A stretch of 64,000 nt of DNA from an uncultured Desulfarculus sp. (GTDB lineage Bacteria; Desulfobacterota; Desulfarculia; Desulfarculales; Desulfarculaceae). The stretch covers positions 256,001 to 320,000 of the forward strand of contig CAXXUK010000001.1 of the NCBI GenBank assembly GCA_963665125.2, read 5' to 3'. Position 1 is the first letter of the stretch; each line of letters starts with the position of its first letter. The position numbers and the translations under genes are program-made. The notes beneath the pieces are model-generated. The model was not told the origin of the DNA. It did not search any database and saw only the letters and a program-made list of their open reading frames with translations. This document shows, piece after piece, positions 31,193 through 40,191 of this stretch.

Positions 31193-31468
31193 TTGCGGCG
31201 GTTGCCGCCTCTATCCCTATGGCGGCTTGACGCCCGGACTAACGCCGACCACGATAAGGCTTGTTTGGCTAATGGGTTGCGTATGCGGCGTCTTTGAGAG
31301 TCGTCTCCTGGCAGGTATGCTTTTTGTTTTCAGTCACAGCCTGACGCGCGAATGATTAAAAAACCCCCAAAGCGGCTCCGCCGGTGGAGGCATTTTGGTT
31401 GGGGTGAATTAAACGGTTTGTCGCCTGGAGTGGTCGGCAGGCTTGGGTATTTGGGAGCCCTACCTTGA

Positions 31469-31702
31469 TCAGGATTGCCAGGCGTAGACCAGGCCCAAAA
31501 CCGCGCCCAATGTGAAACCAAAGGTGAAACCCAACGAGCTGATTTTGTTTTCGTAATATGGAGTGATCAGACCGCGCTTGCCCAGAAAGCGAGACACCGC
31601 CAAAGCCGCTATCCCGCACAACAAACCGCAAACCAGACTGCCTACAACGCCTGCCAAAATAAAAGGAACTATGGATTTCGAGGCATCGGTCCATGGATTC
31701 AT
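31469..31702 (-). CDS. Small 2-TM hypothetical protein
   Basis: 77 aa, two hydrophobic helices, GGAG RBS. Confidence 0.55.
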   Translation of the reverse strand: MNPWTDASKSIVPFILAGVVGSLVCGLLCGIAALAVSRFLGKRGLITPYYENKISSLGFTFGFTLGAVLGLVYAWQS

Positions 31703-31980
31703 GATGTCACTCCATACTTTCCGGCACGCCTGTTTGCGGCTTCATCCAGCGCATGGTCCGTTACCCAAGGGCAGTTTCTCTCTTTGGAGGGCAACGGGTC
31801 ATGGTGGCTCAGACGTTCTCCGGGCCACGATCTTATCACATCGGCAGTGTATCACTCCAATTGGTCGGGATCACCGTGCGATACGCCATGATCAGATCTT
31901 GACGAAGGCTCAGGCCTAAGAAACGGCCGGTGGCCTCGTCAAAGAGGGTAAGCCGATCCTCATAAACAAGGGGACAGATC

Positions 31981-34395
31981 ATGGAGCAAAGAGTAAGCAA
32001 ACGTTTGTGGCCGTATTTGATTCTGTTGGGCCTGGCGGCCTGCCTGTGCCTGGCTCAGGGTCATGCAGCGGCCGGGGAAGTGACCAGCAAAGACAAAACA
32101 TCGTCGCCATATTTCTTTGTGAAGGGCGACCAACAGGGCATTGACCAGCTTCCCCTGAAAAGCACCAGAGCGGAAGTAAACATCTCTGGTGTTGTCGCCG
32201 AAGTCACGATATTTCAGCGCTATGCGAATAACGGTAAAAACACCCTGGAAGGCATTTATATCTTTCCCGCTTCCACCAGGGCCGCGGTTCATCGGCTGAA
32301 GATACGCATAGGCGAGCGCGAGATAATGGCCAAGATCGAAAAACGGGCCAAGGCCAGAAAGGATTACGAGGAGGCCCGCAGCCAGGGCCGCACCGCGGCA
32401 CTACTCGAGCAGCAGCGCCCCAATGTTTTCCAGATGAACGTGGCCAACATCCTGCCCGGCGATGAAATAAAGGTGGAACTGGCCTACACGGAACTGCTGT
32501 CACCCATTGACGGGATTTACGAATACGTATTTCCCACCGTGGTGGGGCCGCGTTATGTCGGGCGCCCGGAAGGCGGTTCCTCCGAGACGTGGACCAACAA
32601 TCCTTATCTGCCCGGCGGGGAGGCCTCGCCGTTCAAGTTCAAGCTGGATTTGACCCTGAGTAGTCCCTTGGCCGTGCAAAAGATTGCCTGCCCCAGCCAT
32701 GAGGCGAACATCAAGTTCCTGGACCCCAAGCGGGTGCGGGTCAGCCTTCCGGAGTCCGACATCATCGGCAACAGGGACTTTGTGCTCCACTACGCCTTGG
32801 CGGATAAAAGGCCCACCAGCGGGCTTCTGCTGTCCAAGGGCGAAAAGGACAACTACTTCCTCTGGCTGATGGAACCGCCCAAATCGCTAACCCCCCAACA
32901 AGTCCTGCCCAGGGAATACATTTTTGTCCTGGACGTCTCCGGCTCCATGCGCGGATTCCCACTTGATACTGCCAAGGACCTTATGCTGGGCCTGCTCGGC
33001 AAAATGCAGCCCAGGGATTCTTTCAATATCCTCTTCTTTGCCGGTGACAGCCTGATGCTCAGCCCGAAGTCAATGCCGGCCACCAAGGAAAACATCGCCA
33101 ACGCCGTTCGGTTTGTGCAGCAGCAGCGGGGCGGCGGGGGCACCGAATTGTTGCCGGCCCTAACGCGGGCCATGGCCATGCCGCGCAGCGACGAGAATAG
33201 CAGAAGCGTGGTGTTGATCACCGACGGCTACGTACACGTGGAAAAGCGGGCCTTCGATCTGGTGCAGCGGAACCTGGGACAGGCCAATCTCTTTGTATTC
33301 GGCGTGGGCTCATCGGTCAACCGCTATTTGCTGGAAGGCCTGGCCAGGGCGGGGCAGGGCGAGGCCCAGGTGGTGCTCAACCGCGGTGAAGGCCCGGACA
33401 AGGTCCGGGCCTTCAGTAAAAGCATCTCTTACCCGACGCTAAGGGACATCAAGGTCAGCGCCGAAGGTTTTGCCATGGAATCCCTGGAACCAGCCGTGGT
33501 GCCCGACCTGTTCTTTGGCCGGTCGTTGATGATAGTGGGCAAATACCGCGGTAAGGCCCATGGCCGGATTATTGTCCAGGGCCGCGGCCCCGACGGAGCA
33601 TTTCGCCAGGTCATGGACGTGGCCCAGGGAGAGCAGGTCAGCGACTCGGCCCTGCCCCGTTTATGGGCCCGCAAGCGCATAGCCGCGCTGAGCGATCTCA
33701 ACCGGCTTTCTCCAGACGATAAGCGGGTGGCGGAAGTGGTGGCCTTGGGCCTCGAATACAACCTGCTGACCGACTACACGTCCTTTGTGGCCATAGACAC
33801 CCAGGTGCGGGCCAAGGGCGGGGAGTCCATCACGGTCAAACAGCCGTTGCCCTTGCCTGCCGGCGTGCCCAACTCGGCGATAGGCGGGGTATATACCTCG
33901 GCTCCCACCCTGGCCTACAACACCCCGCCGCAGAGCCCTGGTAGGGGAGTGTCGGAGTGCGTTGATGTGGGGCCGGATGGAGGCTCATACTCCTTCGACG
34001 GTACCAAGAAAAAGGAAGAAAAACCCTGGACGCCATGGCTCAACAAGCGGGACAACTTCGCCGAATTGGCGGAAATGCACCTGGCCGGCCATAAGACCGG
34101 TTGCGCCAAGGACAAGTTCCCCCTGGCCTTGGAGCGCCTGCGCTTCAGGCTTAACGCCTGCATCCGGCAGGTGGCATCCAAGCCCGGCAAACTCAGTGGC
34201 GAGCTTACACTGAAGATATGCATGGGGCCGGACGGCCGCCTGACCGCGGTGGCGGTGAGTGATTTCAAGGTCACTGGGCCCCACGGGGATGTGCAGAGGC
34301 TGCGCAACTGCCTGGCCACCCTCGGGGAACCGGGGAACCAGCCCACGGCGGCGGTGTGTTGCGCCCAGGCAACGGTAAAGGTGGTGCTCAAATGA
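31981..34395 (+). CDS. Secreted VIT + vWA domain protein with AgmX/PglI (TonB-C-like) C-terminal domain
   Basis: Signal peptide; VIT (LPLKST...GVVAEVTIFQRY.N...LEGIYIFP); vWA MIDAS DVSGS, GGTE, ITDG; YTSFVAID; tail LNACI...SGELTLKICMGPDGRL. Confidence 0.88.
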   Translation: MEQRVSKRLWPYLILLGLAACLCLAQGHAAAGEVTSKDKTSSPYFFVKGDQQGIDQLPLKSTRAEVNISGVVAEVTIFQRYANNGKNTLEGIYIFPASTRAAVHRLKIRIGEREIMAKIEKRAKARKDYEEARSQGRTAALLEQQRPNVFQMNVANILPGDEIKVELAYTELLSPIDGIYEYVFPTVVGPRYVGRPEGGSSETWTNNPYLPGGEASPFKFKLDLTLSSPLAVQKIACPSHEANIKFLDPKRVRVSLPESDIIGNRDFVLHYALADKRPTSGLLLSKGEKDNYFLWLMEPPKSLTPQQVLPREYIFVLDVSGSMRGFPLDTAKDLMLGLLGKMQPRDSFNILFFAGDSLMLSPKSMPATKENIANAVRFVQQQRGGGGTELLPALTRAMAMPRSDENSRSVVLITDGYVHVEKRAFDLVQRNLGQANLFVFGVGSSVNRYLLEGLARAGQGEAQVVLNRGEGPDKVRAFSKSISYPTLRDIKVSAEGFAMESLEPAVVPDLFFGRSLMIVGKYRGKAHGRIIVQGRGPDGAFRQVMDVAQGEQVSDSALPRLWARKRIAALSDLNRLSPDDKRVAEVVALGLEYNLLTDYTSFVAIDTQVRAKGGESITVKQPLPLPAGVPNSAIGGVYTSAPTLAYNTPPQSPGRGVSECVDVGPDGGSYSFDGTKKKEEKPWTPWLNKRDNFAELAEMHLAGHKTGCAKDKFPLALERLRFRLNACIRQVASKPGKLSGELTLKICMGPDGRLTAVAVSDFKVTGPHGDVQRLRNCLATLGEPGNQPTAAVCCAQATVKVVLK

Positions 34396-34433
34396 AGATC
34401 GCCACGGCAAAAATCCGCAAATGGCTTGAGCGA

Positions 34434-34463
34434 TTGACTGCTTGTAAACGGCCGCCTTACACT
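34434..34463 (+). promoter_or_regulatory. Putative sigma-70 promoter upstream of the radical SAM gene
   Basis: TTGACT-N18-TACACT. Confidence 0.45.
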
Positions 34464-34576
34464 GAAATTAGAGAAGCCGCCGGATGGGTGACTACACCTT
34501 GGTTCGCGCCAAAATTACAGGTGATTCCATGCCCTTGCCGGCACAGCGGACTTGTCGGAAGGAGAAGCCAGGGATC

Positions 34577-36082
34577 ATGATCAACGGCGGGGAGCAAAAC
34601 CGGGGCGGCCGCCTTGTGCCCAGCAAAAACCTGCTCATGCTCGAGCGGGGCGCTGATGAACTGTTGCTCCTGAACTCCATCCATAACCGGCCTTTGTATA
34701 TCCCCAGAGGCAGGGAACAGGTCAAAAACTACCTCGAAACGGCCTGCCTCATGGAATCCGAGGATGAAGTGCGGCGGGCCTTTCCCGAGGATGGCGCGCT
34801 ATTGGACATGCTGCTGGAGCATCGCATAGTCCTTTACGAACAGCAGCAACAGGCCGGAGCCGATCTGGCCGACCGATCGCACCTCGGCAAGGCCCGAGAC
34901 GACCGCGAGGCCATGTCGCTGTATCTTCTGCTGGCCCAGTCCTGCAATCTGGGTTGCGTGTATTGCCTCAACGGCCGCGACACCTACCATAAGGACGCCG
35001 GCCTGAAGATGGACGAGCGGGTCGCCTTCCGCAGCGTGGAGCGCTGTTTGGAGAGCTTGAACGAAAACGGCAGGCTGGAGATCGTGTTTTTCGGTGGGGA
35101 GCCCCTGCTGAATTGGCCCCTGGCCAAGAAAATCATCCTCCACACCCAACAGCTGTCGAAGGACAGGTTTCCGAGCCGTTCGGTGCAATACCATCTGACC
35201 AGCAACCTGACCATCATGCCAAAGGATCTGATCGACTGGGCCAAGCAATACAATATGACGTTTTTATGCGATATCGACGGCCCGCCAGCCGTGCATGACG
35301 CATGCCGGCCCTACAAAAACGGCAAGCCTTCCCATCACCGGACTGCCGCAAATATTGAAAAGCTGCGAAAAGCGGGCCTGCCCGTGGCTCTGCGGTCGAC
35401 CATTACCAGCGTCAACCAGGACCTGATGCTCGAAATCGCCAACCATCATCGCGACCTCGGCGGTACGGGCTGCGCCCTGGTGCCGGTGAACCCCATCAAC
35501 TCCGACGAGGATATCCTTTCCGGCGAAATGCTGCCCCAGGCCGAAAAGTTGGTTCAGGGGCTTACCGCCATCCACCAAAGCGGGCTCTGGCAGAGCGACG
35601 ACCTGTTTCCCTTCAACGTCTACGCCTCGCATTTGCGCTGCGGCGGCAGAAATGTCCTGGGTTGCGGCGCGCCCTATGGCAATACGCCGGTGGTGGATGT
35701 GGGCGGCGATGTCTATCCCTGCATCTATCTTGTCGGCATCAAGCGCTTTTATCTGGGCAACATCATGGCCAACGACTACCCCGACAACAGGGTGCTGGAC
35801 TGGATGATGGATTATCTGCACGTGGACAACATGGACGAATGCCGGAACTGTGCGTGGCGCTATATCTGCGGGGGAGGTTGCCCGGTGGGAAAGCTGACCA
35901 TCTTGGGTAATCCCGATGCGGACGACAAAATCAAGCGGTACTGCAACGCGATCCGCTGCGTGTATTCCCGCAAGACCATAGAGCTGATGTTGTGGGAGTT
36001 CGCCCAAAAAGCGGCGGAGCAGGTTTTTAGTGAATTGCCCAAGGCCGATGGCGCGGCCATTGAACATACCATTAACTGCTAA
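34577..36082 (+). CDS. Radical SAM/SPASM peptide-maturase-like protein
   Basis: CNLGCVYC, FFGGEPLLN, IDGP..HD..R; SPASM CGAP...GDVYPC...CRNCAWRYICGGGCP...C; roughly 100-aa N-terminal extension; start probably ATG 34577 (track gives 34484). Confidence 0.9.
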   Translation: MINGGEQNRGGRLVPSKNLLMLERGADELLLLNSIHNRPLYIPRGREQVKNYLETACLMESEDEVRRAFPEDGALLDMLLEHRIVLYEQQQQAGADLADRSHLGKARDDREAMSLYLLLAQSCNLGCVYCLNGRDTYHKDAGLKMDERVAFRSVERCLESLNENGRLEIVFFGGEPLLNWPLAKKIILHTQQLSKDRFPSRSVQYHLTSNLTIMPKDLIDWAKQYNMTFLCDIDGPPAVHDACRPYKNGKPSHHRTAANIEKLRKAGLPVALRSTITSVNQDLMLEIANHHRDLGGTGCALVPVNPINSDEDILSGEMLPQAEKLVQGLTAIHQSGLWQSDDLFPFNVYASHLRCGGRNVLGCGAPYGNTPVVDVGGDVYPCIYLVGIKRFYLGNIMANDYPDNRVLDWMMDYLHVDNMDECRNCAWRYICGGGCPVGKLTILGNPDADDKIKRYCNAIRCVYSRKTIELMLWEFAQKAAEQVFSELPKADGAAIEHTINC

Positions 36083-36099
36083 TGGAATGGAGGCCCACG

Positions 36100-36483
36100 A
36101 TGGACAAGAAAAAGGATATTGAGTCCAAGCCAGCCCCGGGCGACGATTCCTGCAGCGCGCCATTGCGCAGGCAGTTTCTGTGTCAGTCGGGCAAAGCCTT
36201 GCTTTTTACCGCGTCTTATACCGTTATCTCCGTATTTGCCGGTGCGTCGGGAGCCCGGGCCGGAATGTGCGATGCGGGCTGCACCTCTACCTGCGTACAA
36301 AGCTGCACCAGCGCCACTACTGTGGTGCCTGATGAATGCCAATCATGCACCTCCTGCATCAGCAGTTGCACCTCCAGTTGCACCAAGTATTGCATCGCCG
36401 GCTGTACTTCCAACTGCATCGCCAGCTGCACCAAGTGGTGCACCAGTGGCTGCTGCATAAGCTGCACCAAGAGCACCTACTAA
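36100..36483 (+). CDS. Cys-rich CxxxC-repeat peptide with twin-arginine-type signal; putative rSAM substrate
   Basis: GGAGG RBS at 36089; LRRQFL + hydrophobic stretch + ARA site; 73-aa C-terminal region with 17 Cys, mostly every fourth residue. Confidence 0.85.
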   Translation: MDKKKDIESKPAPGDDSCSAPLRRQFLCQSGKALLFTASYTVISVFAGASGARAGMCDAGCTSTCVQSCTSATTVVPDECQSCTSCISSCTSSCTKYCIAGCTSNCIASCTKWCTSGCCISCTKSTY

Positions 36484-36647
36484 AGTGCGCATTGACAAAA
36501 AGGTGGATTGAGTCAGCCTCTGTTTGCGTTTACTGAAGTTGCGCCTTTATGGCCAGGACCTGACAAATTCCCCCGCTTCCATGGCCATATTGGTAAGGGG
36601 CGATGACCCTTATTTTCCCAAGTAGGCGATACTCCGGATAGGCTATA

Positions 36648-37280
36648 ATGGCTCGGAAAGGAGGGCCGGGCAGCTTGGTCGAAAGTCAATATCAACAGAG
36701 GATATACGAGGCATTGGCCAAATTCGGCCCAGTGCCCGAAAAAGAATGGGCCCTGGCCTGCAACCTGCCTTTTGAAACTGAAAACTACCGCAAAGGCCAA
36801 TTTTTCGTCCAGGTGGGCGACATCCCCGACAAACTCGGCTTTATCTGGTCCGGCCTGTTCCGGGTGTTTTACATCACCGAGCAGGGCGACGAGCGGATAT
36901 TGGTCTTCCGGGGTGAAAACTACTACTTGTCCGCCTACAGCGCCTTTTTGGAAGGCCAGCCCTCCTGGTACGGCATCCAGGCCTTGGAACCCAGCGTCCT
37001 GATAACCATATCCTTGGCCCGCTACAGGGATCTGGTTGCCGAAAATCCGTATTGGAGCCAGCTCAGCCGGAAATATGTCGAAAACCTTTTTCTGGAAAAG
37101 GAAAAACGGGAGCGGGAGTTTCTTTCCGAGAACGCTGAAACCCGTTACTTGAATTTCTTGAACAATTACCCGGACATCGAAAACCGGGTGCCCCAATACC
37201 AGATCGCATCCTATCTCGGCATCACGCCGGTGGCCCTAAGCCGCATCAAAAAAACGCTCCGCCAGAGAAAAAACCGCTGA
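36648..37280 (+). CDS. Crp/Fnr family transcriptional regulator
   Basis: cNMP-binding fold (FIWSGLFRVFY, IQALEPS), AETRY, QYQIASYLGITPVALSRI HTH. Confidence 0.92.
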   Translation: MARKGGPGSLVESQYQQRIYEALAKFGPVPEKEWALACNLPFETENYRKGQFFVQVGDIPDKLGFIWSGLFRVFYITEQGDERILVFRGENYYLSAYSAFLEGQPSWYGIQALEPSVLITISLARYRDLVAENPYWSQLSRKYVENLFLEKEKREREFLSENAETRYLNFLNNYPDIENRVPQYQIASYLGITPVALSRIKKTLRQRKNR

Positions 37281-37283
37281 TCG

Positions 37284-37297
37284 TTAACCTAGGTTAA
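37284..37297. promoter_or_regulatory. Perfect palindrome, candidate operator of the Crp/Fnr regulator
   Basis: TTAACCTAGGTTAA, 3 bp after the regulator stop codon and upstream of the next operon. Confidence 0.65.
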
Positions 37298-37407
37298 TGC
37301 CCCGTCCTCCGTGGCTCGTCTAACTTAACCCTAAACACGGTTCGACCCGCCTTTGTGCTTCGGTGCGCCCAGCGCCCGGCGCAATTGGCGGCCACGGAGG
37401 TTATCAT

Positions 37408-38388
37408 ATGAAAAAGGCTTTCATCACCGGAGCCACCGGCTTCTTGGGCCTCAATCTCGTGGAGCAGCTTCAGGACAAGGGCTGGGAAATCCACGTGATG
37501 CATTTGCCAGGCGAAGACCTGAGCTATCTGTCGCGGTTCAAGGTGCGCACTTGCCAGGGCAATATCCTTAACCCGATGGCTTTGCAGGCGGCAATCCCCA
37601 AAGGCGTCGACGCGGTGTTCCACATGGCCGGGGACACCAGCACATGGTCAAAAAACAACGCCCGCCAGATGGAGATCAACGTGGGCGGCACGGTGAACGT
37701 GCTGCGGGCGGCCATGTCCGCCGGGACCAAGCGTTTTGTCTACACCTCGTCGATCTCGGCCTTCGGCTTCCATGATAAGGCCATTTCCGAGGCCACGCCG
37801 TCACGGGCCAAAGAGTCGAAGATCACCTACCATATCTCCAAGCACATCTCGGAGCAGGAAGTCCGCAAGATCAGCAGCGGCATCCAGACAGTGATCCTCA
37901 ATCCCTGCAACGTTATCGGCCCCTATGACCAGAAGAACTGGGCCCAGACGATCCTGACCGTTTATCAGGGCAGCCTGCCCGGTTATCCGCCCGGCCTGGG
38001 CACCTTCGCCCATGTGCGCGACGTGGTCTCCGCCCACATCGCCGCCGCCGAGATCGACAACCCCTTGGGCCAATACGTCATCGGCGGCACCCCGACCCAG
38101 TTCGAAAAGGTCTTCGCCGTCATCGAGTCGATCCTGGGGCGTCCCCACGACGGCAAGGTCATCTCCAAGGGCAAACTGGCCCTGGCCACCCAGCTTTTCA
38201 AGATCAAGTCATGGTTTGACCACAAGGAACCCCTGGTCACCCGGGAAAAATACATGCGCCTGGTCGGTACCCAGCTATGCGACGACCGGTTGGCAATCCG
38301 GGACCTGGGCCTGAAGCACGCGCCATTGGAAGAGATGTTCAACGACAGCTACCAATGGCTGCTCCGGGAAAATTTATTGCATGCATAA
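37408..38388 (+). CDS. NAD-dependent epimerase/dehydratase family (dihydroflavonol-reductase/HpnA-like extended SDR)
   Basis: ITGATGFLG, VFHMAG, YTSS, YHISK; GGAGG RBS before ATG 37408. Confidence 0.9.
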   Translation: MKKAFITGATGFLGLNLVEQLQDKGWEIHVMHLPGEDLSYLSRFKVRTCQGNILNPMALQAAIPKGVDAVFHMAGDTSTWSKNNARQMEINVGGTVNVLRAAMSAGTKRFVYTSSISAFGFHDKAISEATPSRAKESKITYHISKHISEQEVRKISSGIQTVILNPCNVIGPYDQKNWAQTILTVYQGSLPGYPPGLGTFAHVRDVVSAHIAAAEIDNPLGQYVIGGTPTQFEKVFAVIESILGRPHDGKVISKGKLALATQLFKIKSWFDHKEPLVTREKYMRLVGTQLCDDRLAIRDLGLKHAPLEEMFNDSYQWLLRENLLHA

Positions 38389-38400
38389 GGGAGCAAGAAT

Positions 38401-40110
38401 ATGAGCGACTCCGCCATCGAAACCAAAAAAGCTTGGGAACTTATCACCGACGCCTTCCTGGACAAGGGCGTTGAGTTCCTCTTCACCGTGCCGGGCGAAA
38501 GCATCTCCCCGGTGCAGAGGGCCGTGGAGGATACGCCGATCAAGATCATCGCCGCCCGCCACGAACAGTCCGCGGCCTTCATGGCCGAGACCTACGGCCG
38601 GATGACCCGCAAGCCAGGCATCGTGGTCGTCACCTTTGGGCCGGGCTTCACCAACACCATTTCGGCCATCCAGAACGCCAATATGTCCAATTCGCCGCTG
38701 ATCGTCATCGCCGGGGCCCACCCGGCCAAGGCGCCGGACCGCCTGGGTCTCCAGGACATGAAACAGGCCCCGATCATCCAGACCATCGTCAAGAAGGTGC
38801 TGGAGTGCCGCTGCGCCGAGCGTATTCCCGACTACATCGACATGGCCTTCCGCTATGCCATGGGCGGGCGGCCCGGCCCGGTGTTCTTGGAACTGCCCAT
38901 CGATGTGCTCGACGCCACGGTCAGGGTGGACCAGGTCGTCAAACCCAGCACTAGAGTGGAGTCGCGGCCCTATGACCCGGCCGACGTGCCCAAGATCATG
39001 GAGATCGTCGGCCAAAGCGAAAAGCCCATGGTCATCGCCGGCAGCGGGGCCTATTACTCCGACGCGGGCAAAGATATCACCGCTTTCGTGGAAAAGACGG
39101 GCATTCCGGTGTTTACCGGCAAATTCGCCCGGGGTCTGATCTCCGACGAACACCCGATGTGCTTCGAGTCGTCGGTGGGCCTGCGGCCCGGCTGCGCCCC
39201 CCTGGCCACCATCGACTCCGACTGCATCATCATCCTGGGCACCCGTCTGTGCCTGTACAACGCCAACGGCGACTTCTACCGCCGCGACGCCAAACTCATT
39301 CAGGTGGATATCGAACCCGAGGAGATCGGCCGCAACCAGTCCATCCATCTGCCGGTGTTCGGCGACGTGGCCAGGGTCATGGACGGCTGCAACCAATGGA
39401 TCGACCAAAACAACGCCTCCGATGAGCTCAAGGCCCGTTTCGCGCCGTGGCTGGAGGCTCTACAAACCGAACATAAAGAGAAAAAGGAACTGGCCAAGTT
39501 CCAGACCGAAAGCAACGCCGTTCCCATCAACCCCGGCCGTTTGACCGCCGAGATCGATGCGTTCATGGACCGCGAGGACGACATCGTGGTGGCCGACGGC
39601 GGCGATCTGCCCGGCTGGGTTCTGATTACCCGGACCAGCCGCGCCCCCTGGAACGAAATGACCTCGGGACTGTTCGGCTGTCTGGGCTGCGGCCTGCCCT
39701 ACGCCAATGCGGCCAAGGCCATCAGGCCCAATAGCCGGGTGATGTTGTGCATCGGCGACGGATCGGTGGGCTTCAACTTCATGGAGTTGGAGACCTCCAT
39801 CCGCAAAGGCCTTCCCATTGTTGTGGTAATCGGCAACAACAACCTCTGGGGCATGACCGCCAACAGCATGAAGAGCAAATTCAAACACCACGTGCCCGGC
39901 ACGGTGCAATTGGATTACGTGCCTTACCAGGAGATGATGAAGGCCCTGGGCGGCGTGGGCATCCTGGTTGAAAAACCGGAAGACATCCGGCCTGCCCTTG
40001 AGGAGGCCTTTGCCTCGGGCAAGACGGCGGTGATCAACGTGATGATCGATGCGGAAATCATGGGGCCGGCTTCGGCGGGCCTGGCCATGGTCAACACCGG
40101 TGAATTTTAG
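38401..40110 (+). CDS. Thiamine diphosphate-dependent enzyme (acetolactate synthase / 2-hydroxyacyl-CoA lyase-like)
   Basis: RHEQSAAFMA, GPGFTN, RPGPVFLELP, GDGS...NN TPP motif. Confidence 0.9.
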   Translation: MSDSAIETKKAWELITDAFLDKGVEFLFTVPGESISPVQRAVEDTPIKIIAARHEQSAAFMAETYGRMTRKPGIVVVTFGPGFTNTISAIQNANMSNSPLIVIAGAHPAKAPDRLGLQDMKQAPIIQTIVKKVLECRCAERIPDYIDMAFRYAMGGRPGPVFLELPIDVLDATVRVDQVVKPSTRVESRPYDPADVPKIMEIVGQSEKPMVIAGSGAYYSDAGKDITAFVEKTGIPVFTGKFARGLISDEHPMCFESSVGLRPGCAPLATIDSDCIIILGTRLCLYNANGDFYRRDAKLIQVDIEPEEIGRNQSIHLPVFGDVARVMDGCNQWIDQNNASDELKARFAPWLEALQTEHKEKKELAKFQTESNAVPINPGRLTAEIDAFMDREDDIVVADGGDLPGWVLITRTSRAPWNEMTSGLFGCLGCGLPYANAAKAIRPNSRVMLCIGDGSVGFNFMELETSIRKGLPIVVVIGNNNLWGMTANSMKSKFKHHVPGTVQLDYVPYQEMMKALGGVGILVEKPEDIRPALEEAFASGKTAVINVMIDAEIMGPASAGLAMVNTGEF

Positions 40111-40191
40111 GCATAAACGCCTCTTCCTGCACCTGGGGTTCCCCGCCGCGTATAAGGCGGGGGGCTCCGGCTTCGGCGCTTTTTCGGGAGA

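Noticed and set aside
31899..31942. Hairpin TTGACGA...GGCCTAAG...TCGTCAA resembling P2 of a c-di-GMP-I riboswitch
   Set aside because: The upstream GGCAAA...GAAA...GACGCAAA P1 elements are absent; an Infernal scan would settle it.
34392..34580. 62-aa ORF overlapping both the VIT stop and the rSAM start by ATGA
   Set aside because: No recognisable motif or clear RBS, atypical codons, and it contains a plausible promoter; probably chance.
34577..36082. Calling the rSAM an anaerobic sulfatase maturase for the sulfatase at 57469
   Set aside because: It has FFGGEPLLN and an N-terminal extension rather than the anSME-type KP...WQGGEP/QTNG motifs, lies 21 kb from the sulfatase and abuts a Cys-rich peptide. 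Not fully excluded.
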